Numbered from the stretch's first letter, positions 28,187 to 37,879 are shown. The stretch is DNA of 51,762 nt from an uncultured virus (IMG/VR IMGVR_UViG_3300014689_000033) (IMGVR_UViG_3300014689_000033:1-51762); one strand, 5' to 3'. Notes: generated from the letters alone by a model not told the origin. Program-made: numbers and translations.

Positions 28187-28664
28187 GGCGCTGCTCCCCC
28201 ATGGCCTGCTCCGCACCGGCCACGATCCCGAGAATCTCGCTGATCATCCGGTTCGCATGGCCGCGCAGCGTCTCGACCTCGTGCGCCTCCCATACGTTGT
28301 CTGCGGCGCCGTCATGCAGGCTGCCAACGAACTCGCCTTCGGCCTGCAGCAGCTTGCCCAGCGCCTTCAGCGCATCGCGCGTGGCCGGTACCGGCGTCGG
28401 CTTGAAGCTCACAACCCCATACACCTGCTCGAACCACGCGAGCACGGCCGGGCCCTGCACGAGCGCAATCACGCGCTCCACATCGTCCGCATGCAGGTGG
28501 TGGTCAGGGTAGGAACAGGAGAGGCGCTTCTGGAATGGGCCATACGGCTCTTCCAGAATTGCGCAAACGGCCTTGTGGCCGCCACGGATCGCCTCGCGGG
28601 CGTCCTTGTCGATAGCCGCTTCCAGAGTGGTAAGCGGCCCGTGTTCAAGCGTAGTAGCGCGCAT
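28179..28664 (-). CDS. CII-like regulatory protein
   Basis: Downstream of cro; HTH-like N-terminus, LHDGAADN.W...E motif. Confidence 0.7.
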   Translation of the reverse strand: MRATTLEHGPLTTLEAAIDKDAREAIRGGHKAVCAILEEPYGPFQKRLSCSYPDHHLHADDVERVIALVQGPAVLAWFEQVYGVVSFKPTPVPATRDALKALGKLLQAEGEFVGSLHDGAADNVWEAHEVETLRGHANRMISEILGIVAGAEQAMGEQRHG

Positions 28665-29004
28665 TGGTAGTAAACCCCGCTGGCTACCATAGCCATAGGC
28701 CAGGGCAACGCCCTATCCTATGGCCACAGCAGCAAAAACCCCGGTCGTATACGTGCTGTGTCCACCGGGGTTGCTGTTGAGGGAGTCAGGGGTGGTACCC
28801 GTCTCCCGGACCGCTGGGTCAAGGCCGCTTTACTTTGGTGAGTGGGCGCCTTGATTCCAGCCTCTACATCCACCTGCCGCCATGGCGTCAGGTTTGTTGC
28901 TCCTGGCCCTTGGGCCTGCCAGCTCCGGTCTGCTGATGAGGCTCCCGGAACCGGCCCCCGCCGATACTGAAACTGTGCTGTGTCCGGCGGGGTTGAAATC
29001 GAAA
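28665..29004 (-). promoter_or_regulatory. Structured 340-bp cro-cII leader with terminator-like hairpin
   Basis: Several inverted repeats; CCCCGGT/ACCGGGG (28739..28770) followed by five T on the minus strand. Confidence 0.6.
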
Positions 29005-29244
29005 TCAGGCCGCTGTCTTACGCGGCGACGCAGCGCCCCTTAGCTCAGCAGCATCGAACGGGCAGCCATTTGCAGCAGCTGCCGCCGCTAGGCGATCTAC
29101 GTAATCTGTTTCGCCTGTGTATTCGGTACGCGGGAGCGAGTCAGCCGAAAGCCATTTGTAAACGGCCCGCACACTGACGCCGCAAACCTTCGCTGCTTTC
29201 GGCGCCCCTCCAACGCATTCAATCGCCTTCCTAAGTGTGGCCAT
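29005..29244 (-). CDS. cro: Cro-like repressor
   Basis: 79-aa HTH (AAKVCGVSVRAVYKW), divergent from cI. Confidence 0.85.
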   Translation of the reverse strand: MATLRKAIECVGGAPKAAKVCGVSVRAVYKWLSADSLPRTEYTGETDYVDRLAAAAAANGCPFDAAELRGAASPRKTAA

Positions 29245-29269
29245 CAGACCCTCCGAGGCGGCCTAAAAG

Positions 29270-29341
29270 TGAACTTGAGGTACATAGTATGACGGAACTG
29301 AAAGTACATGCAAGTTCATGCGATGGTGAACTCATGGTTCA
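29270..29341. promoter_or_regulatory. OR-like region, three operators
   Basis: (T/G)GAAC-N5-GT(A/T)CA at 29270, 29294 and 29327. Confidence 0.8.
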
Positions 29342-30086
29342 GCAACCCGAAGAAATGCGGTCCGCCTTTGTGATCCGCTTAAAGAAAGCCGCCGAGTACG
29401 CCAATACCCCAGCGTGGGGCCTTGGCGCGCGCCTCGCATCCATCACAAACCGCACACCTAAAGCTGCGAGCAAGTGGCTGAATGGTGAATCGATGCCTAG
29501 CCGCGCCTCCATGCAGGCAATCGCTGAGGCATTTAAGGTTCGGCTGGAATGGCTTCAGTACGGCATTGGCCTGATGATTGATGGAAGCGAAACCTCGTAC
29601 CCAAGAGCTATCGCGCCCGCCCGGCAGATCCGGGAAAACGTGAACGTATGGCCGGTGAAGCCACCCCACCGCGAAATGAAGGAATACCCATTGATCAGCT
29701 GGATCGCTGCTGGGTGTTGGGCTGAGTCTTGCGACAACTACCAGCCCGGCGATGGCCAGGAATTCATTGCTTCTACCGAGAACGCAGGCGACCACGGATA
29801 CTGGCTTGAGGTCAAAGGCGACTCAATGGTCCCGCCTGACGGTTTTGCCTTCAATGACGGCACGCGAATTCTCGTACGGCCCGAGGGCTTCGATCTGATC
29901 AGTGGCAAGCTCTATGTGGCAAAACTGATCGAAACAGGCGAAACCACCTTTAAACAGTACGTACGCGACGCCGGAATTGAGTACCTAAAACCGCTTAACC
30001 CCACCTATCGAACCATCGTGATTGACGAGAATGTGCGAATCATTGGCCGCGTGATTGATGCACGACCCCCAAAAAGTCTCCTGTGA
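29334..30086 (+). CDS. cI: CI-like repressor (HTH + S24 peptidase)
   Basis: ASKWLNGE HTH, AG cleavage site, VKGDSM and TFK catalytic motifs; start uncertain. Confidence 0.93.
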   Translation: MVQQPEEMRSAFVIRLKKAAEYANTPAWGLGARLASITNRTPKAASKWLNGESMPSRASMQAIAEAFKVRLEWLQYGIGLMIDGSETSYPRAIAPARQIRENVNVWPVKPPHREMKEYPLISWIAAGCWAESCDNYQPGDGQEFIASTENAGDHGYWLEVKGDSMVPPDGFAFNDGTRILVRPEGFDLISGKLYVAKLIETGETTFKQYVRDAGIEYLKPLNPTYRTIVIDENVRIIGRVIDARPPKSLL

Positions 30087-30094
30087 ACCCAATA

Positions 30095-30137
30095 TGTACT
30101 TTAGGTTCTTGACTCAAGTGAACCTGTAGTACATATT
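30095..30137 (+). promoter_or_regulatory. PL/OL-like promoter with two operators
   Basis: TTGACT-17-CATATT; operators at 30095 and 30119. Confidence 0.8.
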
Positions 30138-30170
30138 TGCCGCGTACCCACTCACCACGGGATCGCGACA

Positions 30171-30368
30171 ATGGACACAGCACAGCACAGCAGCACCCGC
30201 TGCCCGGTCTTTCTGCACCCGGCAGCAGCATCCAACCCCTTCACCGTGCGCCGCATCGAGCGTGAAACCGGCCTGATTGCACAGGTCACCTTGCGCACGG
30301 CTCAACTCAAGCGCCACACCCGCCCCACCTTCGAGAGCTTCGGCCCGTTCGGAGGCGACTGCGCATGA
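30171..30368 (+). CDS. Hypothetical early protein
   Basis: First ORF after PL; ATGA coupling to next gene. Confidence 0.75.
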   Translation: MDTAQHSSTRCPVFLHPAAASNPFTVRRIERETGLIAQVTLRTAQLKRHTRPTFESFGPFGGDCA

Positions 30369-31198
30369 GCACCTTCTCCCTCACCAGAGGCAGCGAAGCA
30401 GCCCTAGGCATGCTCGCCAGCCAGGCCGGCCACGAAATACTGCTGCTCACCCAGCCTGCCCGCGAACTGCGCGCCGAGCTCAGCATCGAGCCCTTCACCA
30501 GCGACAGCGGCGATCAGCTGCTGGCCGTGCTGTTCATGCGCGAGCAGCGCCACAGCATGACCCTCCAGCGCAACGACGGCGCCAACGTCCAGCACCTGGC
30601 CGATTGGGTCGAGGCCGCCGCCAACGGCACGCTGGATACGGCAGAGGCCATTCCGCAGCGAGCATCACCTGCGGCGCTGCTGCCATGCAGCAAGTGCAAC
30701 GGGGCAGCAATCGGCTACGACTACTCGCCTTCCGGGAGCGCATTTATCCACGGGGTGAGGTGCCGCCATCGCACCTGCCAGGCGGTCGAAGGCGCTGAAA
30801 CCGAGGCCGAAGCGCACGATGCCTGGAACGCTATTCAGCTCAAGCAGCTGGTAGAGCCGAGCGATCTGGCTGCGGCTACCGCTGCCTTCAGCGCCGCCGC
30901 ACATGAGCTCAATGCTCATAACGGGCAACAGCCTATCCGCATGCCTCCCCGCGCCGACGTCACGCAGGGCGATGGTTTCGATTCGCAGCTCGCGGAAGCC
31001 TACAACACCGCCCTGGACGAAGTGGCCCGCTTGAACGCCAACCCCATCGCGCAGACCGCCCCGCAGCCGGACCAGAGCATGTTGGTCGAGATGATCGATG
31101 CGGCAATGTTGGAGATGCGAAATGTCGCCCCTCCGCTTCGCCGGAGTGAGTGCGAGCGGCTTATCCGCGCCGCCGTGGCCACCAGCCCAAAAGCCTGA
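30365..31198 (+). CDS. Early protein with internal Lar-like Zn-finger
   Basis: LLPCSKC...VRC...C...EA..AWN. Confidence 0.7.
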   Translation: MSTFSLTRGSEAALGMLASQAGHEILLLTQPARELRAELSIEPFTSDSGDQLLAVLFMREQRHSMTLQRNDGANVQHLADWVEAAANGTLDTAEAIPQRASPAALLPCSKCNGAAIGYDYSPSGSAFIHGVRCRHRTCQAVEGAETEAEAHDAWNAIQLKQLVEPSDLAAATAAFSAAAHELNAHNGQQPIRMPPRADVTQGDGFDSQLAEAYNTALDEVARLNANPIAQTAPQPDQSMLVEMIDAAMLEMRNVAPPLRRSECERLIRAAVATSPKA

Positions 31199-31209
31199 GG
31201 CACGCCACC

Positions 31210-31485
31210 ATGAACCGCACCCTCGACCAGGCCGCCGCCGTGCTCGGCATCGGCCCGCGCAAGCTGCGCGCGCGCATGCGCGAGCTTGGCCTGCTCAACC
31301 ACGCCGGCGAGCTGATCAGCAGCGAGCGCGGCCAGGGCCGGCTGTTCGTCGACACCCGCAGCCGCTGGAACCCGGCCATCAACAGCTACACGCACTACGG
31401 CGTCGTTATGGCCACCGAGGCCGGCATCGCCTGGCTGGCCGATCAGCTGGGCATCACCGTCACCAAGAAGGACGCCGCCGCATGA
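31210..31485 (+). CDS. Antirepressor KilAC-domain protein
   Basis: AA.VLGIGPRKL...LRELG...TEAGIAWL pattern. Confidence 0.7.
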   Translation: MNRTLDQAAAVLGIGPRKLRARMRELGLLNHAGELISSERGQGRLFVDTRSRWNPAINSYTHYGVVMATEAGIAWLADQLGITVTKKDAAA

Positions 31486-31847
31486 CCACCTCTGCCACCC
31501 AACACGCGATCGGCGCGCTCAAGCTCACCAGCCTGCATCTGGACCACCCAAGCGTGGTACCGGCCAGCGTGCTGCGCGGCGCCTGCTCGGAGGCCATCGC
31601 CCACCTGCAAGCCAACCAGCCCCACGCGGACGACCTCGGTCGCCTTTGGTGCGCGCTGTTCGCCGTGCTGCCGGCAGGCTACCTGCCTCACGTCACGCTC
31701 ACCACGGAGCAGGGCGCACCGTTCGCCTGCGTCATCACAGATGGCACCGGCAGCGTGGTCGACCGGCAGGCCGGCAAGACCATCGAAGGCATCACCGAAC
31801 TGATCCGCCTACGCCTCCCGGCGGGGCGCGGGGAGGTGCTGCCATGA
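31482..31847 (+). CDS. Hypothetical protein
   Basis: ATGA-coupled on both sides. Confidence 0.75.
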   Translation: MTTSATQHAIGALKLTSLHLDHPSVVPASVLRGACSEAIAHLQANQPHADDLGRLWCALFAVLPAGYLPHVTLTTEQGAPFACVITDGTGSVVDRQAGKTIEGITELIRLRLPAGRGEVLP

Positions 31848-32101
31848 AGCCACAACCGCAAACCACGCTCGACACCCTGCGCAGCCGCTACCCCGGCAAC
31901 TACATCACTGCCGAGCAGCTGCTCGCCGACCACCTGCCGCACATCACCACGGTCAAGCACCTGCGCCGCAAAGTCCGCGAAGGCCAGCTCAACCTCAAGA
32001 TCCGGCAGCTCGACCCCAGCTCCAACCGCAGCCCCTGGGTCATCTACCTACACGATCTGGCCGACTGGCTGGATCAAACCGCCGCCGCGCAAGCGGCATA
32101 A
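31844..32101 (+). CDS. PrtN-like DNA-binding protein
   Basis: S.RSPWVIYLHDLADWLD motif. Confidence 0.65.
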   Translation: MKPQPQTTLDTLRSRYPGNYITAEQLLADHLPHITTVKHLRRKVREGQLNLKIRQLDPSSNRSPWVIYLHDLADWLDQTAAAQAA

Positions 32102-32142
32102 CCCGCCCCCACCAAGGGCAACCAAAAGAGGCACAGCACGCC

Positions 32143-32490
32143 ATGAAACCCACAGATACCAGCGAGTTCATCAACTCCCTCAACGCCAGCGTATTCGCCC
32201 AGCAGGTCGGCCGCGCGCTCTCCGACGTCGCCGCCGGCGTGGTCGACCACGGCAAGCCCGGCGAGGTAACGCTCAAGTTCAAGCTCAAGCAGATCGGCCA
32301 GAGCAACCAGGTCACCGTCAGCCACACGCTGGACTTCGTGCAACCCACCAAGCGCGGCAAGAAGCGCGAGGACACCTCCCTCGACACGCCCATGTACGTC
32401 ACCGAGAACGGTCTTGAGCTGTTCCAGACCAGCCCGACCGACCAGATGTTCACCCGCGAGGAAGCGCCGGTTAAAGCCCGCGAAGTCTGA
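32143..32490 (+). CDS. Conserved phage protein (YfdP-like)
   Basis: Precedes DUF2303 gene; strong codon bias. Confidence 0.75.
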   Translation: MKPTDTSEFINSLNASVFAQQVGRALSDVAAGVVDHGKPGEVTLKFKLKQIGQSNQVTVSHTLDFVQPTKRGKKREDTSLDTPMYVTENGLELFQTSPTDQMFTREEAPVKAREV

Positions 32491-32531
32491 GCCGCATCAC
32501 CAAGCCCCACTCACCAAAAGGAAGACACAGC

Positions 32532-33362
32532 ATGTCGCTGAGCAAAGAAGCCATCCAACACATCGAGTCCCAGGCCATCATCGCCGCCGCCAAGCCTATC
32601 GTCATCGACGGCGGCACGTCCGTGGCCGTGCTGCCGGAAGCTGTCAGCCTGCGCAGCCTCGAGCAGTACCAGCCCCTGCGCGATCGCTTCCGCGGAACAC
32701 TGCGCACTCATTCGCTGCGCGACTTCACCAAGTACGTCGCCGCCCATGACAACGCCAACCAACCCCGCCCGGGTGGTTTCATCGATCAGGACGCCATGTC
32801 CGCCACCGTCATCTTCAACCTGGGCGAGCCCGACCACGCCGGCCACGGCGATGACGTAGCCGTGCTCACCCTCAAGCCCACCGCCGCCTATTCCGCGCTG
32901 CAAGGCGTCGTCGGCCGGGCGCTCAGCCAGAAGGAACTCGCCGAATGGCTGGAGGACTGGCTGCCCAACCTCGAGGCGCAAGACGGCGAGACGACCCTGC
33001 AGATGCTGCAGGCCATCAACGCCGTGCGCCGCATGGTCATCAAGGCCACCAGCCAGCGCGACAGCAACGTCGGCGACTTCTCCGCCAGCCGCTCGGCCAT
33101 GGACGAGATCGAGGCCAAGAGCCAGGACACCCTGCCCTCCGCCTTCATCTTCACCACCGTGCCGTTCGAAGGGCTGGACGTGGCAGATATCAAGCTGCGC
33201 CTGTCCGTCATCACCGGCCGCGACGAGCCACTCCTGAAACTCCGGTGGGTCGGGGAGGAAGCCCAGCGCGAAGCCTTCGCCCAGGAATTCAAGGACGTGC
33301 TCGAGCAGGAAGTAGGCGGTCTGGTGCCGCTCACCATCGGCACCTTCTCCCTCGGTAAATAA
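32532..33362 (+). CDS. DUF2303 / YfdQ-family protein
   Basis: SLEQY...RFRG, LSQKELAEWLEDW, PFEGL. Confidence 0.85.
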   Translation: MSLSKEAIQHIESQAIIAAAKPIVIDGGTSVAVLPEAVSLRSLEQYQPLRDRFRGTLRTHSLRDFTKYVAAHDNANQPRPGGFIDQDAMSATVIFNLGEPDHAGHGDDVAVLTLKPTAAYSALQGVVGRALSQKELAEWLEDWLPNLEAQDGETTLQMLQAINAVRRMVIKATSQRDSNVGDFSASRSAMDEIEAKSQDTLPSAFIFTTVPFEGLDVADIKLRLSVITGRDEPLLKLRWVGEEAQREAFAQEFKDVLEQEVGGLVPLTIGTFSLGK

Positions 33363-33419
33363 CCACCACCAACAACCTGCCGGCCTCACCAGCCGGCGGG
33401 CTCAAACGGGACACAGCAC

Positions 33420-33905
33420 ATGAACTTCACCACCATTCAGATCATCGCCTTCATCGGCGTAGTCGCAGGCATGGCCATCGTGTTCGGCCTCGGCTTCTAT
33501 GAAGGCCTGCGTAAGGGCAAGCGCGAAGCCTTCGACATCGGCTACCAGCGCGGCCTGCACGCCCACCGCTATGAACTCACGCAGGCCCGCCGCGACATCG
33601 AGTCGGCCAAGCACAGCCTCACCATCAGCCGACTCAACGCCGCCCAGGCACTCGAAGCCACTACCGTTGAGCTGGACGATTGCCGCGCCAAGCTCGCCAA
33701 CCTGCAAACCCGCGTCATCACCGAAGACGACGCCAACCAGCTCGTGGCCATGGCCGACAAACTCAGCCTGGCAGCCAACGTCTTCGCAGGCATGGGCTCG
33801 CACGACCAGGCCACCACCGCCCGCAAGCTCTCCACCAGCGCCCGCGCCCTGTTCGACCGCTACTGGCAAACCCTGCCGGTGATGGAAGTGGAGGTGATGG
33901 CATGA
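33420..33905 (+). CDS. Membrane-anchored coiled-coil protein
   Basis: N-terminal TM helix; codon bias. Confidence 0.8.
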   Translation: MNFTTIQIIAFIGVVAGMAIVFGLGFYEGLRKGKREAFDIGYQRGLHAHRYELTQARRDIESAKHSLTISRLNAAQALEATTVELDDCRAKLANLQTRVITEDDANQLVAMADKLSLAANVFAGMGSHDQATTARKLSTSARALFDRYWQTLPVMEVEVMA

Positions 33906-34414
33906 GCCAGTCGACCGTATGCCTGCGCGGGCGCCGCGCTGTGCCCCTGCAGAACATCATCGCCACCAGTGGCGAGTCCTTCATCTGCGTTGGCTACAAC
34001 CACCCCAAAGACCGCCGCGTTCCGCAGGATCGCTTCTGCCACTGCTGGAAGAACGACTCGGTAGACGAGCACAGCCACTGGGACCGCCGCGACATCACCG
34101 ACACCATGTCAGTGATGGCTACGGCGCTGAGCATCGACGCCAACATCATGGCCTCGGAGAAAATGACCGAAGCCCAGATGAACAAGGCTGACCTCACCGC
34201 CCAGCAACCCGAGGAAGACCTGCCACCAGACCCCGCCGTTGCCGCCATCGCCTACGCGCTGGACCTGCGCACCGAGGAACCGATGGAGTTCCTGCGGCTC
34301 TGGAACCAGGGCGACTTCGACGAATGCCGCAAGTACTGGCCAGACGCCCCGGACGAGGTCTACATCGGCGCCGATCCGCTGTTCGAGCCGGCAGCGCAGG
34401 AGGTCCAGCCATGA
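33902..34414 (+). CDS. Hypothetical protein
   Basis: ATGA-coupled on both sides. Confidence 0.75.
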   Translation: MSQSTVCLRGRRAVPLQNIIATSGESFICVGYNHPKDRRVPQDRFCHCWKNDSVDEHSHWDRRDITDTMSVMATALSIDANIMASEKMTEAQMNKADLTAQQPEEDLPPDPAVAAIAYALDLRTEEPMEFLRLWNQGDFDECRKYWPDAPDEVYIGADPLFEPAAQEVQP

Positions 34415-35040
34415 CCTGGATACTCACCCGCTCCGGCCGCCGCTTCGACCTGCTCGCACCCAAGGCCGACCAGGTCTGCACGCTGGACATCGCCCACGCC
34501 CTGTCACAGCTCTGCCGCTTCAACGGCCACACCAGCCGGCACTACTCGGTCGCGCAGCACAGCCTGCTGGTGGCCAGCATCGTCCCGGCCGAACACCAGC
34601 TCGCCGCCCTGCTCCACGACGCCACTGAGGCCTACGTCGGCGACATGGTGCGGCCGCTCAAGCTCGGCATGCGCGAGTTCTATGAAGCGCAAAGCCTGGT
34701 TTCGCTGTACGACGAGGTCGAGCGAAAGGTCTGGCTGGCCATCTGCGAACACTTCCACCTCGACCCCGAACTGCCAGCCTGCGTGCACGAGGCGGACATG
34801 ATCGCCCTCGCCACCGAGCGCGCCCAGCTCATGCCGGAACACGCCGGCGAATGGGAATGCCTTGCCGGCGTCACCCCGCTCGCCAAGCCGCTGGAGAACT
34901 GGACACCCGCCCAGGCATTTCTGCACTACCACAACCGCCTGCTTGAGCTGATGCAGTCCACCCACCGCGCCCGCGCTCACTCCACCTGGGAGCGCGTCGA
35001 CGCCGAACACACCGGTGCCGTTGCGCCGCAGTGCATGTGA
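34411..35040 (+). CDS. HD-domain phosphohydrolase (YfbR/YfdR-like)
   Basis: DIAHALS..CRF.GH, YSVAQHS, LLHDATEAY.GD. Confidence 0.9.
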   Translation: MTWILTRSGRRFDLLAPKADQVCTLDIAHALSQLCRFNGHTSRHYSVAQHSLLVASIVPAEHQLAALLHDATEAYVGDMVRPLKLGMREFYEAQSLVSLYDEVERKVWLAICEHFHLDPELPACVHEADMIALATERAQLMPEHAGEWECLAGVTPLAKPLENWTPAQAFLHYHNRLLELMQSTHRARAHSTWERVDAEHTGAVAPQCM

Positions 35041-35076
35041 GGGATCAGCATGTCTATAGAACTTGCCAGAGCAGTC

Positions 35077-35385
35077 TCAGACCGTCGGAAGCTTGCCTGT
35101 CCCAGCATTATGGCTCGGCCGAACGGCCTCCGAATCATCATTCAGACCCAAGCGGCCATTGATATAGCGATAAGCCCAGTTCAGCGCCTCGGCATGGGCA
35201 ACAACCTCGTCCGTGTACCACTGCAAGCAGCAAAACTCTTCAGGGTTGTCGTCGCTCAGGCCGGCGGGAAAGCGAAGGCTATACGACCAGCTCTCCGCGC
35301 CCCCATCCTGCATCTGCACGTGAAAAGTAATCTCGAAGCTGACGCCTTTGTAGCTGGACGTCATGGGAATCGAAGCTTGGCTCAT
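35077..35385 (-). CDS. Hypothetical protein, counter-oriented moron
   Basis: Globular-looking acidic/aromatic sequence in an AT-richer patch; competing + ORF 35050..35478. Confidence 0.5.
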   Translation of the reverse strand: MSQASIPMTSSYKGVSFEITFHVQMQDGGAESWSYSLRFPAGLSDDNPEEFCCLQWYTDEVVAHAEALNWAYRYINGRLGLNDDSEAVRPSHNAGTGKLPTV

Positions 35386-35470
35386 GTCCGTAGCCTGGAA
35401 TCGGCGAGTGTAGGCATTAGTCCCCTCGGAAGTGACAACGTTCTGCCGCAACTCCAGGCAGGTGGCTTCC

Positions 35471-37063
35471 ATGAATAATCTCTACCGCCTTCACCCGCAG
35501 CCGGCGTTCAACTTCAACGGGCTGGTCATCGACAACTTCGCCGGGGGCGGCGGTGCCTCCACGGGCATCGAGCTTGGCCTTGGTCGCCCAGTCGACATCG
35601 CCATCAACCACGACCCCGAAGCCGTGGCCATGCACGACATCAACCACCCGCACACCAAGCACTTCTGCGAATCGGTTTGGGAGGTCGACCCACGCGTTGT
35701 CGTCGACGGTCGCCCGGTCGATCTGTGCTGGTTCAGCCCGGACTGCAAACACTTCAGCAAGGCCAAGGGCGGCGCCCCGGTGAAGAAGGAGATCCGTGGC
35801 CTCGCCTGGGTCGCCATCCGCTACGCCGCCACGGTCAAGCCGAAGGTCATCATGCTGGAGAACGTTGAAGAGTTCGTTACGTGGGGGCCGCTGGCCACCG
35901 ACGGCCGCCCCTGCCCGAAGAACAAGGGCCGCACCTTTACCAGCTTCGTCAACGCACTGCGCCGCCTCGGCTACGTCGTCGACTGGCGCGAGCTCCGCGC
36001 CTGCGACTACGGCGCCCCGACCATCCGCAAGCGCCTGTTCCTCATCGCGCGTTGCGACGGCCAGCCGATCGTCTGGCCCGAGCCCACTCACGGCGACCCG
36101 GCGAGCGAAGCGGTCAAGGCCAAGCGCTTGAAGCCATGGCGCACCGCCGCAGAGATCATCGATTGGTCACTGCCCTGCCCGTCGATCTTCACCCGCAAGA
36201 AGCCACTGGCCGAGAACACCCTGCGCCGCATCGCACGGGGCATTCAGCGCTACGTGATCGAATCGAACCAGCCCTTCGTTGTTCAGGGCATGGCACCTTT
36301 CATCACGGAGCACGCCAACGGCAGCACCCAGCGCAACATGCCGGCCGATGCACCGCTGCGCACCATCTGCGCCCAGGTAAAAGGCGGGCACTTCGCGCTG
36401 GTAGCTCCGGTGATCACCAAGTTCCGGTCGAACGATCGAGGCTCATCGGTCGAAGCGCCGCTGGCAACTGTCACCGCGAACAGCTTCATCAAGAAGCCGG
36501 GCGGCGCAGCTCCGATCGGCCTCGTCGCCGCCTTCCTCGCCAAACACTACGGCGGCAACTACACCGGCCCGGGCAGCAGCCTGGAATGCCCGCTGCCAAC
36601 CGCGACCACCGTCGACCACAACGCACTGGTGACCAGCCACCTGGTTAAGCTACGCAACAACTGCATCGGCCAGGACCTGCGCGAGCCAATCCACACACTC
36701 ACCACCGGCGGCCACATGGGCGAAGTGCGCGCCTTCCTGCTCAAGTACTACGGCACTGGGGACGGCCAGCCCCTACAGGAACCGCTGCACACCGTCACCA
36801 CCAAGGACCGCCACGCACTGGTGATGATCAAGGGCGAGCCTTACGAGATCGTCGACATCGGCATGCGCATGCTCGAGCCGCACGAACTGTTCGCCGCTCA
36901 GGGCTTCCCCGCCGACTACATCCACGACCGCACCGCCGGCGGCAAGAAGCTCAGCAAGGCCGCTCAGGTGCGTATGTGCGGCAACAGCGTCTGCCCACCG
37001 GTAGCCGCCGCCCTCGTCCGCGCCAACCTCAGCGCGCAGCAGCTCGGGGAGGATGCGGCATGA
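35471..37063 (+). CDS. Orphan DNA (cytosine-5) methyltransferase
   Basis: FAGGGG, SPDC, ENV, R.RLF, QGFP and GNSV motifs; long repetitive variable region. Confidence 0.93.
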   Translation: MNNLYRLHPQPAFNFNGLVIDNFAGGGGASTGIELGLGRPVDIAINHDPEAVAMHDINHPHTKHFCESVWEVDPRVVVDGRPVDLCWFSPDCKHFSKAKGGAPVKKEIRGLAWVAIRYAATVKPKVIMLENVEEFVTWGPLATDGRPCPKNKGRTFTSFVNALRRLGYVVDWRELRACDYGAPTIRKRLFLIARCDGQPIVWPEPTHGDPASEAVKAKRLKPWRTAAEIIDWSLPCPSIFTRKKPLAENTLRRIARGIQRYVIESNQPFVVQGMAPFITEHANGSTQRNMPADAPLRTICAQVKGGHFALVAPVITKFRSNDRGSSVEAPLATVTANSFIKKPGGAAPIGLVAAFLAKHYGGNYTGPGSSLECPLPTATTVDHNALVTSHLVKLRNNCIGQDLREPIHTLTTGGHMGEVRAFLLKYYGTGDGQPLQEPLHTVTTKDRHALVMIKGEPYEIVDIGMRMLEPHELFAAQGFPADYIHDRTAGGKKLSKAAQVRMCGNSVCPPVAAALVRANLSAQQLGEDAA

Positions 37064-37260
37064 GCAACACACTCAAAGCATGCCACTGCGGGTACAACGG
37101 CGCCCTGGCTGGGATGCAACACCAAGGCATCTTCTACTCGCTGACTTGCCCAGACTGCCACCGCTCGGTCGAGGCGTTCACGCTGGAAGGGCTGGCAGAA
37201 GCCTGGAACAAACCCGCCGACGCAAATGCGGAGCAGCTCGAAACGGAAGGTGCCGCATGA
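37060..37260 (+). CDS. Small Lar-like Zn-binding protein
   Basis: LKACHCG...CPDC...AEAWN. Confidence 0.65.
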   Translation: MSNTLKACHCGYNGALAGMQHQGIFYSLTCPDCHRSVEAFTLEGLAEAWNKPADANAEQLETEGAA

Positions 37261-37568
37261 CCTACTCCATCTTCTTCACCACCGAAATGCCCAACGACAT
37301 CGCCCAGGTCAGCGGGCGCCTACCACGCAAGCCGCAGCGCTGGACAATGGAATGGTTGGTCAAGACGCCGGACGGCAAAACCCACGTCGACAACTCCCGC
37401 ACCATCCAGCGCGCCACCTATGAGGAGGTGAACGCGATCATGGGCGCCATCATCGACGACATCAAAGCCGAGATCGGCGAGCTGGCCACGTTCATCAGCT
37501 ACCGCCTGACCTGCCATGGCGGCACCAAGAAGCATCGCAAGGGAGGGAAACGCCGTGGTCGCGCTTGA
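37257..37568 (+). CDS. Hypothetical protein
   Basis: Coupled to neighbours. Confidence 0.7.
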   Translation: MTYSIFFTTEMPNDIAQVSGRLPRKPQRWTMEWLVKTPDGKTHVDNSRTIQRATYEEVNAIMGAIIDDIKAEIGELATFISYRLTCHGGTKKHRKGGKRRGRA

Positions 37569-37767
37569 GGGTTACCTGCGCGAGGAGCAGGTGCTGGAGG
37601 TTACAACCCTGTCCCACGCCACGCTCTGGCGCGAGATCAAGGCCGGGCGCTTCCCGAAACAGGTCCGGCTTTCGCCGGGCCGCGTCGGGTGGCGGGCATC
37701 CGACCTGCGCCTTTGGCTGGAGGATCCCGCGGGGTGGCATCTCGGGAACCAGCACCAAGCCGCCTAA
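37555..37767 (+). CDS. AlpA-family excisionase
   Basis: LS.ATLWR.IKAGRFPK...RVGW; GTG start inferred. Confidence 0.88.
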   Translation: MVALEGYLREEQVLEVTTLSHATLWREIKAGRFPKQVRLSPGRVGWRASDLRLWLEDPAGWHLGNQHQAA

Positions 37768-37879
37768 CGGCAACCGCCTGTTATCGAAAAAAAGATAATC
37801 TTTACCTTCCGATGCGTTGACAAGCGTAGCCGCGGTGCGGATATGCTAGCCGGCACGGTAACTCGAAGGTTTCGATTGC

